Shown one piece after another: positions 40,421 through 50,368 of a stretch of 64,000 bases of DNA. Below the pieces are notes generated by a model. That model worked only from the letters and a program-made list of their open reading frames with translations, was not told the DNA's origin and ran no database searches. The stretch is taken from positions 14,041 through 78,040 of the forward strand of contig SFCS01000006.1 of the NCBI GenBank assembly GCA_004558485.1. Direction: 5' to 3'. The stretch comes from Ruminococcus sp. Lineage in GTDB: Bacteria > Bacillota > Clostridia > Oscillospirales > Acutalibacteraceae. Each line of letters opens with the position of its first letter. The stretch's first letter is position 1. The position numbers and the translations under genes were made by a program.

Positions 40421-41050
40421 GTGAAGGTTTGGTTTGAGAAATATCGACATTTACTGCTGCTGCCGCTGCTGTTCGGCACAGTATCCTTTTTATATTTTCT
40501 GACATCGCACGGGGACGCTGCCGTTTTGGTGCATGTGCCGCTTGACGACAGAATCCCGTTTGTGCCCGCATTCATTTTGCCGTATGTGCTGTGGTATGCG
40601 TATGTGCCGCTGTTGATGCTGACGGTCGGCGTGCGGGATAAACAGGCGTTTTATCGCCAGTGCGCGACGCTGTTTTCCGGCGTGGTGCTGTGCTTGCTGG
40701 TGTTCATCTTTTTCCCGACCGCGATCGATTTCCGACCGACGGCGGAGGGGAAGGGGCTGTGGCTTTGGATCTGCCGCATCGTGTTTGCCAACGATCTGCC
40801 GCGCAATGTCTGCCCGAGCCTGCACTGCTTTGAGGCGGTCATCGCGCACCTGACTGCGTTTCACCATCCGTCGCTGCACAAGCGGCATGGGTGGCGCGGG
40901 CTGTCCGCCGTTGCGGCGGCATGCATCTGCGTTTCCACTGTGTTTGTCAAGCAACATTCGGTCGTGGACGCCGTGTGCGGCGTTTTGTTGGCATTTGCCG
41001 TGTATGGACTGTTCTATGGCGTATTGTGGCGCGAAAAGCGCGCACGTTGA
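40421..41050 (+). CDS. PAP2-like integral membrane protein
   Basis: Six TM helices with PSLH…, …H…D motifs resembling the PAP2_like_2 family. GTG start after AAGGG. Confidence 0.55.
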   Translation: MKVWFEKYRHLLLLPLLFGTVSFLYFLTSHGDAAVLVHVPLDDRIPFVPAFILPYVLWYAYVPLLMLTVGVRDKQAFYRQCATLFSGVVLCLLVFIFFPTAIDFRPTAEGKGLWLWICRIVFANDLPRNVCPSLHCFEAVIAHLTAFHHPSLHKRHGWRGLSAVAAACICVSTVFVKQHSVVDAVCGVLLAFAVYGLFYGVLWREKRAR

Positions 41051-41067
41051 GAAAGGACGGCGGTTTT

Positions 41068-41760
41068 ATGAAGGGACAATGGGGACTTATGCTGCTCATC
41101 GGCATCGTGCTGCTCATTTTGGCGGCGCTTATCATCCTGCTGTCGGTGCGGGGGATCACCTTCCGCGTCAAAAAGGTTGCCTGTGTCGGCGACAGCATCA
41201 CGAAAAACGGCTATTGGGAGGATAACCTCCAAAAATCGCTTTCCACGGAGCGGTATGAGGTCGCGGGGTTCGGCGTGAACGGCGCGACGGCGCTTGCCGC
41301 CGGCATCGACAACGATACCTCCGAAAAGGGATATACGCTGCAGCCGGAATATGACGACAGTCTTGCCTATCAACCCGACATCGTCGTCATCATGCTCGGC
41401 ACGAACGATTCGAAGCCCTTCAACTGGGAGATGCCCGACAACGCCAACGCAGCGCAGTTTCGCGCCGATCTCACGGCGCTCGTCGAGAGCTATAAGGCAT
41501 TGAAGACCAAGCCGCGCATATATCTTGCGCTGCCGCCGACGGCATTTTCCGACTTTGCGCAAATTCAGAACGAGACCGTTGAAAGCGACATCATCCCCGC
41601 CATTCGCGAGGTGGCGGCGGCAACGGGCGCCGCGGTGATCGACACCCACAGCGTCAACAAAGATGCACAGGATGATTTCATCGATGGCGTGCATCCGTCC
41701 TCCGACGCGGGCAGAAAGCTGCTGGCGCAGACGGTGGCAAACGCGATCCTCGGGAAATAA
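41068..41760 (+). CDS. SGNH/GDSL hydrolase family protein (membrane-anchored)
   Basis: N-terminal TM, then GDSIT block I, a GxND block and DGVHP block V. Confidence 0.7.
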   Translation: MKGQWGLMLLIGIVLLILAALIILLSVRGITFRVKKVACVGDSITKNGYWEDNLQKSLSTERYEVAGFGVNGATALAAGIDNDTSEKGYTLQPEYDDSLAYQPDIVVIMLGTNDSKPFNWEMPDNANAAQFRADLTALVESYKALKTKPRIYLALPPTAFSDFAQIQNETVESDIIPAIREVAAATGAAVIDTHSVNKDAQDDFIDGVHPSSDAGRKLLAQTVANAILGK

Positions 41761-41770
41761 GGAGAAAAGT

Positions 41771-42760
41771 ATGGAGACCTATAAGAGCAAATTGGATGTC
41801 CAGGCGACGCAAAACGCGATCCGCATGCTGCGGCATCGCTTTGAGGAGGAGCTGTGCAGCGCTCTGTGCATCACCCGCGCCTCCGCGCCGCTGTTTCTGA
41901 AAAAGTGCAGCGGCCTCAACGACGATCTCAACGGCGTGGAGCGCCCTGTCAGCTTTGATGTGCGCGAGACCGGCGAGGTCGCCGAGGTTGTGCACAGCCT
42001 GGCAAAGTGGAAGCGCGTTGCGCTGAAAAAATACGGCTTTGCCATGCACACGGGGCTCTACACCGACATGAATGCCATCCGCCGCGACGAGGTGTGTGAC
42101 AGCATCCACTCACTGTATGTGGATCAGTGGGACTGGGAAAAGGTCATCGCAAAAGAGGATCGCACGGTCGCGTATCTGAAGGACACCGTGCGCCGCATCT
42201 ACAACGCGGTGCTCGTGACGGCGGACGAGGTGCAGCGGCAATATCCCGTGCTCGACAACTATCTGCCGCGCGACATTGCCTTCACCACCACCTATGCGCT
42301 GGAGGAAAAATATCCGACGCTCACGCCCAAGGAGCGGGAAAATGCCGCCGCGAAGGAATACGGCGCGGTGTTTCTCATGGAGATCGGCGACAGACTGAAA
42401 AGCGGTGAAAAGCACGACGGGCGTGCGCCGGACTATGACGACTGGCATCTGAACGGCGACATTTTGGTGTATAACCGCGTGACCGACGCGGCGTTTGAGC
42501 TGTCGTCCATGGGCATCCGCGTGGACGCCGACAGTCTTGTGCGGCAGCTGACGGCGGAAAACATGCTCGAAAGATTGGAGCTGCCGTTCCACAAGGCGCT
42601 TGCGGCGGGCGAGCTGCCGCTGTCCATCGGCGGCGGCATCGGGCAATCCCGCCTTTGCATGCTGCTTTTGCAAAAGGCGCACATCGGTGAGGTGCATGCA
42701 TCCCTCTGGCCGGAAAGCGAGCTTGTGCGCTGCCGTAAAATGGGTGTGGAACTGCTGTGA
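41771..42760 (+). CDS. asnA: aspartate--ammonia ligase
   Basis: AsnA family (class II aaRS-like fold). Key motifs: SLYVDQWDWEKVI, GGGIGQSRLCMLLL. Confidence 0.85.
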   Translation: METYKSKLDVQATQNAIRMLRHRFEEELCSALCITRASAPLFLKKCSGLNDDLNGVERPVSFDVRETGEVAEVVHSLAKWKRVALKKYGFAMHTGLYTDMNAIRRDEVCDSIHSLYVDQWDWEKVIAKEDRTVAYLKDTVRRIYNAVLVTADEVQRQYPVLDNYLPRDIAFTTTYALEEKYPTLTPKERENAAAKEYGAVFLMEIGDRLKSGEKHDGRAPDYDDWHLNGDILVYNRVTDAAFELSSMGIRVDADSLVRQLTAENMLERLELPFHKALAAGELPLSIGGGIGQSRLCMLLLQKAHIGEVHASLWPESELVRCRKMGVELL

Positions 42761-43074
42761 ATACCTTTGATCGGATCTATGAACAGGTGCGCCGCATCCC
42801 GCGCGGGCGGGTGGCGAGCTATGGACTGATTGCCCTCTTGGCGGGCAATCCGCGGTGGTCGCGGGTGGTGGGCTATGCGCTGCATGTCAACCCCGACCCC
42901 GAAAGCATCCCCTGTCACCGCGTGGTGAAAAAGGACGGTACGCTGTCTGAGGCGTTCGCGTTCGGCGGCAGGGAGGAGCACAGACGGCGGCTTGCCGCCG
43001 AGGGCGTGGCCTTTCTGCCGGACGGCAGAGCGGACATGGAAAAATATTTGGTTCGTGAAGACGAATTGCTTTGA
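42757..43074 (+). CDS. MGMT-family DNA-binding protein (methylated-DNA-protein-cysteine methyltransferase C-terminal domain only)
   Basis: 105 aa with the PCHRVV active-site motif. Confidence 0.75.
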   Translation: MNTFDRIYEQVRRIPRGRVASYGLIALLAGNPRWSRVVGYALHVNPDPESIPCHRVVKKDGTLSEAFAFGGREEHRRRLAAEGVAFLPDGRADMEKYLVREDELL

Positions 43075-43092
43075 AGAAAGGGAGGCGGCATC

Positions 43093-43461
43093 ATGCATTT
43101 GCAGGAATCGGGCGAAATGTATCTGGAGACCATCTATGTTTTGGATAAGGAAAACAACGGCGTGCGTGCCGTGGATGTGGCGGAATATCGCGGGTATTCC
43201 AAGCCCAGCGTCAGCCGCGCGGTCGGCGTGCTCAAAAAGGGCGGCATGCTGACGGTGGACGCCGCCGGTCTTTTGCACCTCACCGCCGACGGAGAGGAGA
43301 TCGCGCGCAAAATCTATGAGCGCCACACCGTCATGACCGATTTTCTCATCCGCATCGGCGTGGACGAGGAAACGGCGGCGACGGACGCCTGCAAGATCGA
43401 GCACGCGCTCAGCGACACCTCCTTTGAGGCGATCAAGCGCCATGTGCGCGGCAAAAAATAA
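43093..43461 (+). CDS. DtxR/MntR-family metal-dependent transcriptional regulator
   Basis: N-terminal wHTH and metal-site region typical of DtxR N-domain-only regulators. 122 aa. Confidence 0.7.
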   Translation: MHLQESGEMYLETIYVLDKENNGVRAVDVAEYRGYSKPSVSRAVGVLKKGGMLTVDAAGLLHLTADGEEIARKIYERHTVMTDFLIRIGVDEETAATDACKIEHALSDTSFEAIKRHVRGKK

Positions 43462-43580
43462 CAGGAAACCTATGGAAACATCCGCTTTTTTTAAAAAAGG
43501 CGGATTTTTTTAAAAAAATGCTTGAAGTTCAAATGAACCTGTGTTACAATCATATTAACACAAGACGAGGAGCTGTGATT

Positions 43581-44144
43581 ATGTATGACAAGCTGGTGCC
43601 GGGAACCGTCATGCCGTATACCGATGTGGCGGGCGGCATGTTCTCCGTCTTTCGACCGATGATCACGGCGACCGACGGATTGACGCTGGGGCAGGTCAGC
43701 GCGCTGACGGGCCTTGAGTATTCCACGGTGCAAAACTGGGTGAAACGCGGCTTTGTCGCCCATCCGGTGCAAAAAAAGTATTATGAACGGCAGCTTGCCC
43801 GCATCCTGCTGATCGCCGCACTGCGCGACTGTCTCAAAATCGAGCAGATCGCAGCGCTGCTCTCCGCGGTCAACGGCGATGTTGAGGATGCGGGCGATGA
43901 CATCATTTCGGAGAGCAGGTTGTATGATTATCTGTGTGAGGCGGTGCGGTTGCTCGACGTCGACCGTTTGTCCGCGGACAAGGTGGACGCCGTGGTCGCG
44001 CAGGTGACGGCGGACTATGTCGGGCCGGACGAAACGGCAAAGGGGCGACTTTCGGCGGCGCTGCGGGTGATGGTGCTCGCCTTCATGGCGGGGTGTCTTG
44101 CCCGCGAGGCGACGCTGGGGCTTTCTGCGCTGCAAAACACATAA
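43581..44144 (+). CDS. DUF1836 domain protein
   Basis: Matches the DUF1836 signature (…STVQNWVKRGFVAHPVQKKYYERQLARILLIAALRDCLKIEQIAALL…). Promoter TTGAAG-16-TGTGTTACAAT upstream. Confidence 0.55.
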   Translation: MYDKLVPGTVMPYTDVAGGMFSVFRPMITATDGLTLGQVSALTGLEYSTVQNWVKRGFVAHPVQKKYYERQLARILLIAALRDCLKIEQIAALLSAVNGDVEDAGDDIISESRLYDYLCEAVRLLDVDRLSADKVDAVVAQVTADYVGPDETAKGRLSAALRVMVLAFMAGCLAREATLGLSALQNT

Positions 44145-44156
44145 GGAGGGGTTACT

Positions 44157-44837
44157 GTGTGGTTTACAAATTGGTGGGAGGGGCTGACGCTTCTGCAGCA
44201 GTGCTTTGCGGTGGTTGCCATCCCTGCCACGGTGATCTTACTGCTGCAGACGGTGCTGCTGCTTTTCGGACTGGGCGGGCATGACGCCGACCACGGTGAG
44301 GTCGACACCGACCATGATTTCGATCACGACATGGATCATGATCTCGATCATGACACCTATCACGACTTGGACCATGATGCAGATCACGACGCCCACGACG
44401 GGGCACATCATGCGGCGGGCATCCGCCTGTTCACGCTGCGCGGCATCGTGGCGCTGTTTGCGGTCGGCGGTTGGCTCGGCGTTGCCATGTGTGATTTGGG
44501 ACTGTCGCCGGCGCTTGCCGGACTGATCGCGGCGGCGGGCGGGTTTGCCGCTCTGGTGATCGCGGCGCTCGTCATCAAATATGCCCTGCGGCTGCAGGAC
44601 AACGGCAACATTGCCGCGAAGAACGCCGTGGCACACACGGCGACGGTCTACATCCCCATCCCCGCCGCCCGCAGCGGCTGCGGTAAGGTGACGATGAATT
44701 TGCAGGAGCGGTTTGTCGAAATGGAGGCGCTCACCGACTGCGACAGAACACTCAAAACCGGTGAAACGGTGCAGGTCGTCGGCGTCACCGACGAAGATAA
44801 ATTGGTTGTCCGACCGCTTTCGGCGGTTAAAAATTAA
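44157..44837 (+). CDS. NfeD-family membrane protein with (His-Asp)n repeat
   Basis: N-terminal TM, an (HD)n tract of about 45 aa, two TM helices and a C-terminal NfeD OB-fold. GTG start after GGAGGGG. Immediately upstream of flotillin. Confidence 0.65.
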   Translation: MWFTNWWEGLTLLQQCFAVVAIPATVILLLQTVLLLFGLGGHDADHGEVDTDHDFDHDMDHDLDHDTYHDLDHDADHDAHDGAHHAAGIRLFTLRGIVALFAVGGWLGVAMCDLGLSPALAGLIAAAGGFAALVIAALVIKYALRLQDNGNIAAKNAVAHTATVYIPIPAARSGCGKVTMNLQERFVEMEALTDCDRTLKTGETVQVVGVTDEDKLVVRPLSAVKN

Positions 44838-44850
44838 AGGAGGAATTGCT

Positions 44851-46242
44851 ATGCCTACATCCGTTATGATTGCGATCACGGTGATCGCGCTGTTCCTGTT
44901 CACAATGCTGCTCGTCGTTTTGGCGCGGTATCGCCGCTGTCCGTCCGACAAGGTGCTGGTCATCTACGGTAAGGTCGGTACGAACAAGGACGGCACCACC
45001 CGTTCCGCCAAATGTATCCACGGCGGCGCGGCGTTCATCTGGCCGGTCGTCCAGTCGTATGAATACCTGGACCTGACGCCGATGTCCATCAACGTCGATC
45101 TCACGAATGCGCTGTCCCATCAGAACATCCGCGTCGATGTGCCGTCTCGCTTTACGGTGGGCATTTCGGTCGAGCCGGGCGTTATGCAGAACGCTGCCGA
45201 GCGGCTGCTCGGTCTGCGGCTGAATGAGATCCAGGAGCTGGCAAAGGACATCATTTTCGGTCAGCTGCGTCTCGTCATCGCCACCATGGACATCGAGGAG
45301 ATCAACACCGACCGCGACAAGTTCCTGGAGGCGGTGTCCCACAATGTGGAGACGGAGCTCAAAAAGATCGGTCTGCGGCTCATCAATGTGAATGTCACGG
45401 ATATCACCGACGAGTCGGGCTATATCGAGGCGCTCGGCAAGGAGGCTGCCGCCAAGGCGATCAACGACGCGAAAAAATCGGTCGCGGAAAAAACGCGCGA
45501 CGGCTCGATCGGCGAGGCGATCGCACTGAAGGATCAGCGCATCAGCGTCGCCGAGTCCAACGCCGCCGCCATCGCGGGTGAAAACGAGTCAAAGGCGCAG
45601 ATTGCCATGTCCGATGCCATGCGCCGTGAGAAAGAGGCGGAAGCGCAGCGCCGCGCCATCGCCGCCGAAAAGATCGCGTCGGCAAAGGCGCTCGAAGAGG
45701 CATATGCCGCCGAGCAGCAAGCCGAAGAAGCGCGTGCCGCGCGTGAATTTGCGACAAAGCAGGCGGACATCATCACCGCTGCCAAGGTCGAAAAGGAGCG
45801 CAAGGAGCTGGAGGCGGAGGCGGAAGCGGAGCAGCGCCGTCGCCGTGCAAAGGGTGAGGCGGACGCCATTTACGCCACCATGGAGGCACAGGCACGCGGT
45901 GTGCAGGAAATTCTTGCCAAGCAGGCGGAGGGCTATAAAAAGGTCGTCTCCGCCGCGGGCGGCGACACCGGTGCCGCCATTCAGATGCTGCTGGTGGATA
46001 AGCTCGAAGAGCTCACCAAGATTCAGGTCGAGGCGATCAAGAACCTGCAGATCGATAAGATCACGGTGTGGGACTCCATGGGCGGCAAAAACGGCGGCTC
46101 AACGACGGCGGACTTTCTGTCCGGCATCATGAAGGCCGTGCCCCCGCTGTCGGACACGCTGAAGATGGCAGGCGTGGAGATGCCCGCCTATCTCGGCAAG
46201 AGCACCGACAAAGACCCCACTCCTCCTGCGACAGAGGAATAA
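44851..46242 (+). CDS. flotillin-like SPFH/band-7 protein (FloT/YuaG-like)
   Basis: N-terminal TM, SPFH domain and a long EA-rich coiled coil (…AEAQRRAIAAEKIA…EAEAEAEQRRRRAKGEADAI…). Confidence 0.8.
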   Translation: MPTSVMIAITVIALFLFTMLLVVLARYRRCPSDKVLVIYGKVGTNKDGTTRSAKCIHGGAAFIWPVVQSYEYLDLTPMSINVDLTNALSHQNIRVDVPSRFTVGISVEPGVMQNAAERLLGLRLNEIQELAKDIIFGQLRLVIATMDIEEINTDRDKFLEAVSHNVETELKKIGLRLINVNVTDITDESGYIEALGKEAAAKAINDAKKSVAEKTRDGSIGEAIALKDQRISVAESNAAAIAGENESKAQIAMSDAMRREKEAEAQRRAIAAEKIASAKALEEAYAAEQQAEEARAAREFATKQADIITAAKVEKERKELEAEAEAEQRRRRAKGEADAIYATMEAQARGVQEILAKQAEGYKKVVSAAGGDTGAAIQMLLVDKLEELTKIQVEAIKNLQIDKITVWDSMGGKNGGSTTADFLSGIMKAVPPLSDTLKMAGVEMPAYLGKSTDKDPTPPATEE

Positions 46243-46256
46243 GCAACGGAAGGAAA

Positions 46257-46293
46257 GAAAAATGCGCGCTGCGAAAGCAGCGCGCATTTTTCT
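46257..46293. terminator. bidirectional terminator
   Basis: AAAAATGCGCGCTGC-GAAA-GCAGCGCGCATTTTT. Confidence 0.7.
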
Positions 46294-46306
46294 GTTTACG
46301 ACGGAA

Positions 46307-46879
46307 TTATTTTATGACCTCGCCCATCGTGCCGGGGGCAACGCAGCCGGCGTTGGACTCGTCGGTGTCGATGTGCATGGCAAGCGCGAACTTGTCGCTC
46401 ACGCGCACCACGACCTCGCCGAAGATCAGCGCTCTGTCGCCGCCGTCGAGCTTGACGCTCACGATGTCCTTGTCCTTGACGCCGAAAACCTCGGCGTCGG
46501 CGGGGGTCATGTGGATGTGCCGCTTGGCGGCGATGACGCCCTCGGTCAGCTCCACCTCACCGCACGGACCGACCAGCTTGCAGGCACCCGAGCCGGCAAT
46601 GTCGCCGGACTCACGGATGGGCGCGACAACGCCGATCGAACGCGCGTCGGTCAGCGACAGCTCGACCTGCGTCGCGTTGCGGCAGGGACCGAGGATGGAA
46701 ACGCCGGAAAGCGTTTTCTTCGGGCCGACCACATCGACGCGCTCCACGCACGCATACTGCCCCGGTTGAGACAGATCCTTTTTCTTTGTCAGCTGATAGC
46801 CCGCGCCGAACAGCGTCTCAAGATCCTTCTCGGTCACATGAACATGACGGGCGGAGGTTTCCACCAAAACTTTTGCCAT
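46307..46879 (-). CDS. pduL: PduL/EutD-type phosphate acyltransferase (phosphotransacylase)
   Basis: Two internal PduL-type half-domains (VETSARHVHVTEKDLETLFG / AAKRHIHMTPADAEVFG). ATG 46879 after AAGGGAAG. Confidence 0.55.
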   Translation of the reverse strand: MAKVLVETSARHVHVTEKDLETLFGAGYQLTKKKDLSQPGQYACVERVDVVGPKKTLSGVSILGPCRNATQVELSLTDARSIGVVAPIRESGDIAGSGACKLVGPCGEVELTEGVIAAKRHIHMTPADAEVFGVKDKDIVSVKLDGGDRALIFGEVVVRVSDKFALAMHIDTDESNAGCVAPGTMGEVIK

Positions 46880-46942
46880 TTTTTGCACTTCCCTTTTCTT
46901 TGTTGGTATCATTGTAGCGCAAAGTGTCCGTTTTTTCAACCC

Positions 46943-47503
46943 CTAAATATTCCACTCCTGCAAGCGGTCACGCAGCGCGAGAAAATCCGCGAAGGCCTCC
47001 GGCTTTTGCGCGGGGTTGCGCAAAAGCGCCGCCGGGTGAAATGTCCCCATGAGCCACACGCCGTTTCGCTCGGTGAAAACGCCGTGCTGACGGGTGACGC
47101 GAAAGTCGGGGGAAATGATGCGGCAGGCGGCAATTCTTCCGAGACAGACGATGACGCGCGGTTTCAGAATTGCCGTTTGCGCCCGCAGCCAGTCGATGCA
47201 GGTGTCCTGCTCCTCGGGGGAGGGGTCGCGGTTTTGCGGCGGACGGCACTTGACGATGTTTGCGATATAGACATTTTTCTCCCGCGACAGCCCGACGGCG
47301 TCAAGCATCCGATCGAGAAGGTTGCCCGCCGCGCCGACAAACGGCTCGCCCGTTGCGTCCTCGTTGGCGCCCGGTCCTTCGCCGACAAAGAGAATTTTTG
47401 CGTCCTCCTGCCCGACGCCGAACACCACCTTCTGCCGGGTGGCGGCAAGCGGGCAGCGGGTGCAGTCAAGGCATTTTTCCCGCAGTGTCGAAAGCGTTTC
47501 CAT
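46943..47503 (-). CDS. family-4 uracil-DNA glycosylase
   Basis: GEGPGANEDATGEPFVGAAG and HPAALLR motifs. ATG 47503 after GGGAGAAAAACG. Confidence 0.8.
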   Translation of the reverse strand: METLSTLREKCLDCTRCPLAATRQKVVFGVGQEDAKILFVGEGPGANEDATGEPFVGAAGNLLDRMLDAVGLSREKNVYIANIVKCRPPQNRDPSPEEQDTCIDWLRAQTAILKPRVIVCLGRIAACRIISPDFRVTRQHGVFTERNGVWLMGTFHPAALLRNPAQKPEAFADFLALRDRLQEWNI

Positions 47504-47562
47504 CGTTTTTCTCCCAAAGTATACAAGGGCTGCGGCATTTGCTGCCGCAGCCCTTAGAATAT

Positions 47563-48459
47563 TCACTGTTGCGCCAAAAGGCTTTTCATGAGCTTCACCG
47601 AGAACGCCGCCGTGTCCTCACACAGCGCCTCACCGAAGAAGTTGAGGTTCACTTCCATGTTGTAGGTCCCCTTGTAGCCGATCTCCTTTAGCGCCTTCAT
47701 GATGTCCTTCCAGTCGAGCGAGCCGGAAAGCGGCGGCTTGTGCTGGTCGGTGAGGGTGTCGTTGTCGTTGAGATGCAGCACCGTGACATCCCCGCCGCAC
47801 ATGCGCAGCACATCACCGGCGGACGGCTGACCGTAGCGCGTCGCCTTGTTGGAGTGTCCTGTATCCACGCAGATGGTGAAATACTTTTTGAAGTCCTCCA
47901 CGGCGCACACCCGATGATAGGACATGAGAAATTCGCGGATGTCGCCGAAAAAGTCGAGACAGTTTCTGCCGGTCGCATCGCCGAAGGTCTCGGTCGCGAC
48001 CTTGACATTATACTGCCGCGCAAACGGCAAAATGCGGGTGAACATGTCGAAATTCAGATCCCGCATGAACTGCGGGTCGACATCGGGGCCGAAGAAGATC
48101 GAGGTGGCGCTGTGCATGACGCACACGGGCGCTTTGAGCGTCGCCGTGGCAAGGCAGTCGATGCGCGCGTCTTTGACGAGCTGCTCGTCCTCGGCCGCAA
48201 TGTTGCGAAAGCCCTTGATCCTGCCGTGCGTCTGTCCGATGATGAGACCGAGGCTTTCCGCCTTTTGCCGCACACGCTCATAGTAGGCGACAATCTCCTC
48301 GTCGGACCTTGCATAAATGTTATCCGACTTTGCGGAAGAGTTTTCGATGAGGTTGAAATCGACGGCGTCCGCGCCGCTCGCTTTGGCAATTTCGAGCGCG
48401 GACATATCGCCGTATTTATGCTGCAATTTGCCGGTGCAGAGACTGACAAGAGCACTCAT
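47563..48459 (-). CDS. sugar phosphate isomerase/epimerase (xylose-isomerase-like TIM barrel)
   Basis: AP-endonuclease-2/xylose-isomerase-like fold. Key motifs: …VCVMHSA…, CVDTGHSN, VLHLNDN. Confidence 0.65.
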   Translation of the reverse strand: MSALVSLCTGKLQHKYGDMSALEIAKASGADAVDFNLIENSSAKSDNIYARSDEEIVAYYERVRQKAESLGLIIGQTHGRIKGFRNIAAEDEQLVKDARIDCLATATLKAPVCVMHSATSIFFGPDVDPQFMRDLNFDMFTRILPFARQYNVKVATETFGDATGRNCLDFFGDIREFLMSYHRVCAVEDFKKYFTICVDTGHSNKATRYGQPSAGDVLRMCGGDVTVLHLNDNDTLTDQHKPPLSGSLDWKDIMKALKEIGYKGTYNMEVNLNFFGEALCEDTAAFSVKLMKSLLAQQ

Positions 48460-48513
48460 TTTTTCTGCCCCTTTTCCACTTTTTTCTCATTTTAGCATGC
48501 GGGGGCGGCGGTG

Positions 48514-50355
48514 TCAATCCTTTTGTTTTTGCAGCATGCGCAGGGCGTTTAAGATCGCCAAAACCGACACGCCGACATCAGCGAACACCGCCGCCCACAT
48601 ATTGGCAATGCCGAGGGCGCTGAGCACCAGCACCAAAATTTTGACCGTCAGGGCAAACACGATATTCTGCCGCACGATGCGCAGTGTTTTGCGTGCAATG
48701 GCGATGGCGGAGGCGATGCGGGAGGGCTTGTCGTCCATGATGACGACATCTGCCGCCTCGATGGCCGCATCCGCGCCTAGACCGCCCATCGCGACGCCGA
48801 CATCCGCGCGCGCCAGCACCGGCGCGTCATTGATGCCGTCGCCGACAAACAGCAGCTTGCCGGTGGGGGAGGTCTCCTTAAGCAGGCTTTCGAGCTTTTC
48901 CACCTTGCCTGCGGGAAGCAGGTCGGTGTATACCTCATCAAGCCCCAATTCCCTGCCGACCGCTTCGCCGACGGGACGGACATCGCCCGTCAGCATGACG
49001 GTGCGCCGCACATGCGCCGCCTTCAGCCCCTTGATGGCGTCGGCGGCGTCCTCCTTCACGGCGTCGGCGATGCAAATGCTGCCCGCGAAGACGCCGTCCA
49101 CCGCGACATAGACCATCGTGCCCATCGCGTCTGCTGCGGGCGGCGTGATGCCGATCTCGCTCATGAGACGGCGGTTGCCGACAAGAACGGTCTTGCCGCC
49201 GATCGTCGCCTTCACGCCGTGACCGGCGATCTCCTGCACATCGGCGAGGGATGCCGTGTCGGGGGACTTGCAGGCATCGAGCAGCGATTTGGCGATCGGA
49301 TGATCCGAACGGCTCTCCGCCGTCGCGGCAAGAGCGAGCAGCGCGTCGGCGTTCATGCCGACAGGCTGCACCGCACGCACCTCAAAGGTGCCCTTCGTGA
49401 GCGTGCCGGTCTTGTCAAAAACGGCAATTTCCGCAGAGGCGAGCGCTTCAAGATAGTTGCCGCCCTTGACGAGGATGCCCGCCTTGGAGGCGCCGCCGAT
49501 GCCGCCGAAAAAGCTCAGCGGCACGGAAATGACCAGCGCACAGGGGCAGGACACCACAAGGAAGGTGCAGGCGCGATAGATCCAGTCGCCGAACGGCCGG
49601 TGCAGAAGAAGCGGCGGGATGAGCGCCAGCAAAACGGCGGCAACCACCACGATGGGGGTATAGACCGCGGCAAAGCGGGAAATGAAGTTTTCCGAACGGG
49701 ATTTGCGCGCACTTGCGTTTTCCACAAGATCGAGGATTTTGCTGACGGTGGACGCACCGAAGGTTTTTTCGACGCGGACGGTGAGCGCGCCGTTCAGGTC
49801 GATGCAGCCGGAGAGCGCCTCGCTCCCCACCGTCACTTCACGCGGCACGGACTCGCCCGTCAGCGCCGCCGTGTCCAAAAGCGCCGTGCCGCTTTCCACC
49901 ACGCCGTCGAGCGGAATCTTTTCGCCCGCGTTGACAAGGATGAGATCCCCGACATGAACGGTGGACGGATCGACCTCCTCGGCAGAGCCGTCGCCGTGCA
50001 GCAGCGTGGCGTGGTCGGGACGAATGTCCATCAGCGCGCTGATGGAGCGGCGGGATTTGTCAACGGCATAGTCCTGAAACATCTCGCCGACCTGATAGAA
50101 CAGCATGACGGCGACCGCCTCGGGAAACTGTCTGACGGCAAACGCGCCGACGGTCGCAAGCACCATGAGGAGGTTTTCGTCGAAGACCTCACCGTGGCAG
50201 ATGTTGCGCGCCGCCTTGCACACGACCTGACGGCCGACGACGAGATACGCTGCGATATACAGCGCCAGCGACGGCCAAAACGCCGCCTCCGCCAGCAGCC
50301 GCGCCGCCATGAGCAGCGCCGCGCCGACGAGGATGGGCGTGAGCTTCTTTTTCAC
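48514..50355 (-). CDS. cadA: heavy-metal (Cd/Zn/Pb-type) P1B-ATPase
   Basis: CPC transduction motif (VSCPCAL), DKTGTLT, GDGINDAP. No fused N-terminal HMA domain. Confidence 0.85.
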   Translation of the reverse strand: MKKKLTPILVGAALLMAARLLAEAAFWPSLALYIAAYLVVGRQVVCKAARNICHGEVFDENLLMVLATVGAFAVRQFPEAVAVMLFYQVGEMFQDYAVDKSRRSISALMDIRPDHATLLHGDGSAEEVDPSTVHVGDLILVNAGEKIPLDGVVESGTALLDTAALTGESVPREVTVGSEALSGCIDLNGALTVRVEKTFGASTVSKILDLVENASARKSRSENFISRFAAVYTPIVVVAAVLLALIPPLLLHRPFGDWIYRACTFLVVSCPCALVISVPLSFFGGIGGASKAGILVKGGNYLEALASAEIAVFDKTGTLTKGTFEVRAVQPVGMNADALLALAATAESRSDHPIAKSLLDACKSPDTASLADVQEIAGHGVKATIGGKTVLVGNRRLMSEIGITPPAADAMGTMVYVAVDGVFAGSICIADAVKEDAADAIKGLKAAHVRRTVMLTGDVRPVGEAVGRELGLDEVYTDLLPAGKVEKLESLLKETSPTGKLLFVGDGINDAPVLARADVGVAMGGLGADAAIEAADVVIMDDKPSRIASAIAIARKTLRIVRQNIVFALTVKILVLVLSALGIANMWAAVFADVGVSVLAILNALRMLQKQKD

Positions 50356-50368
50356 AAAAAACGCCTCC

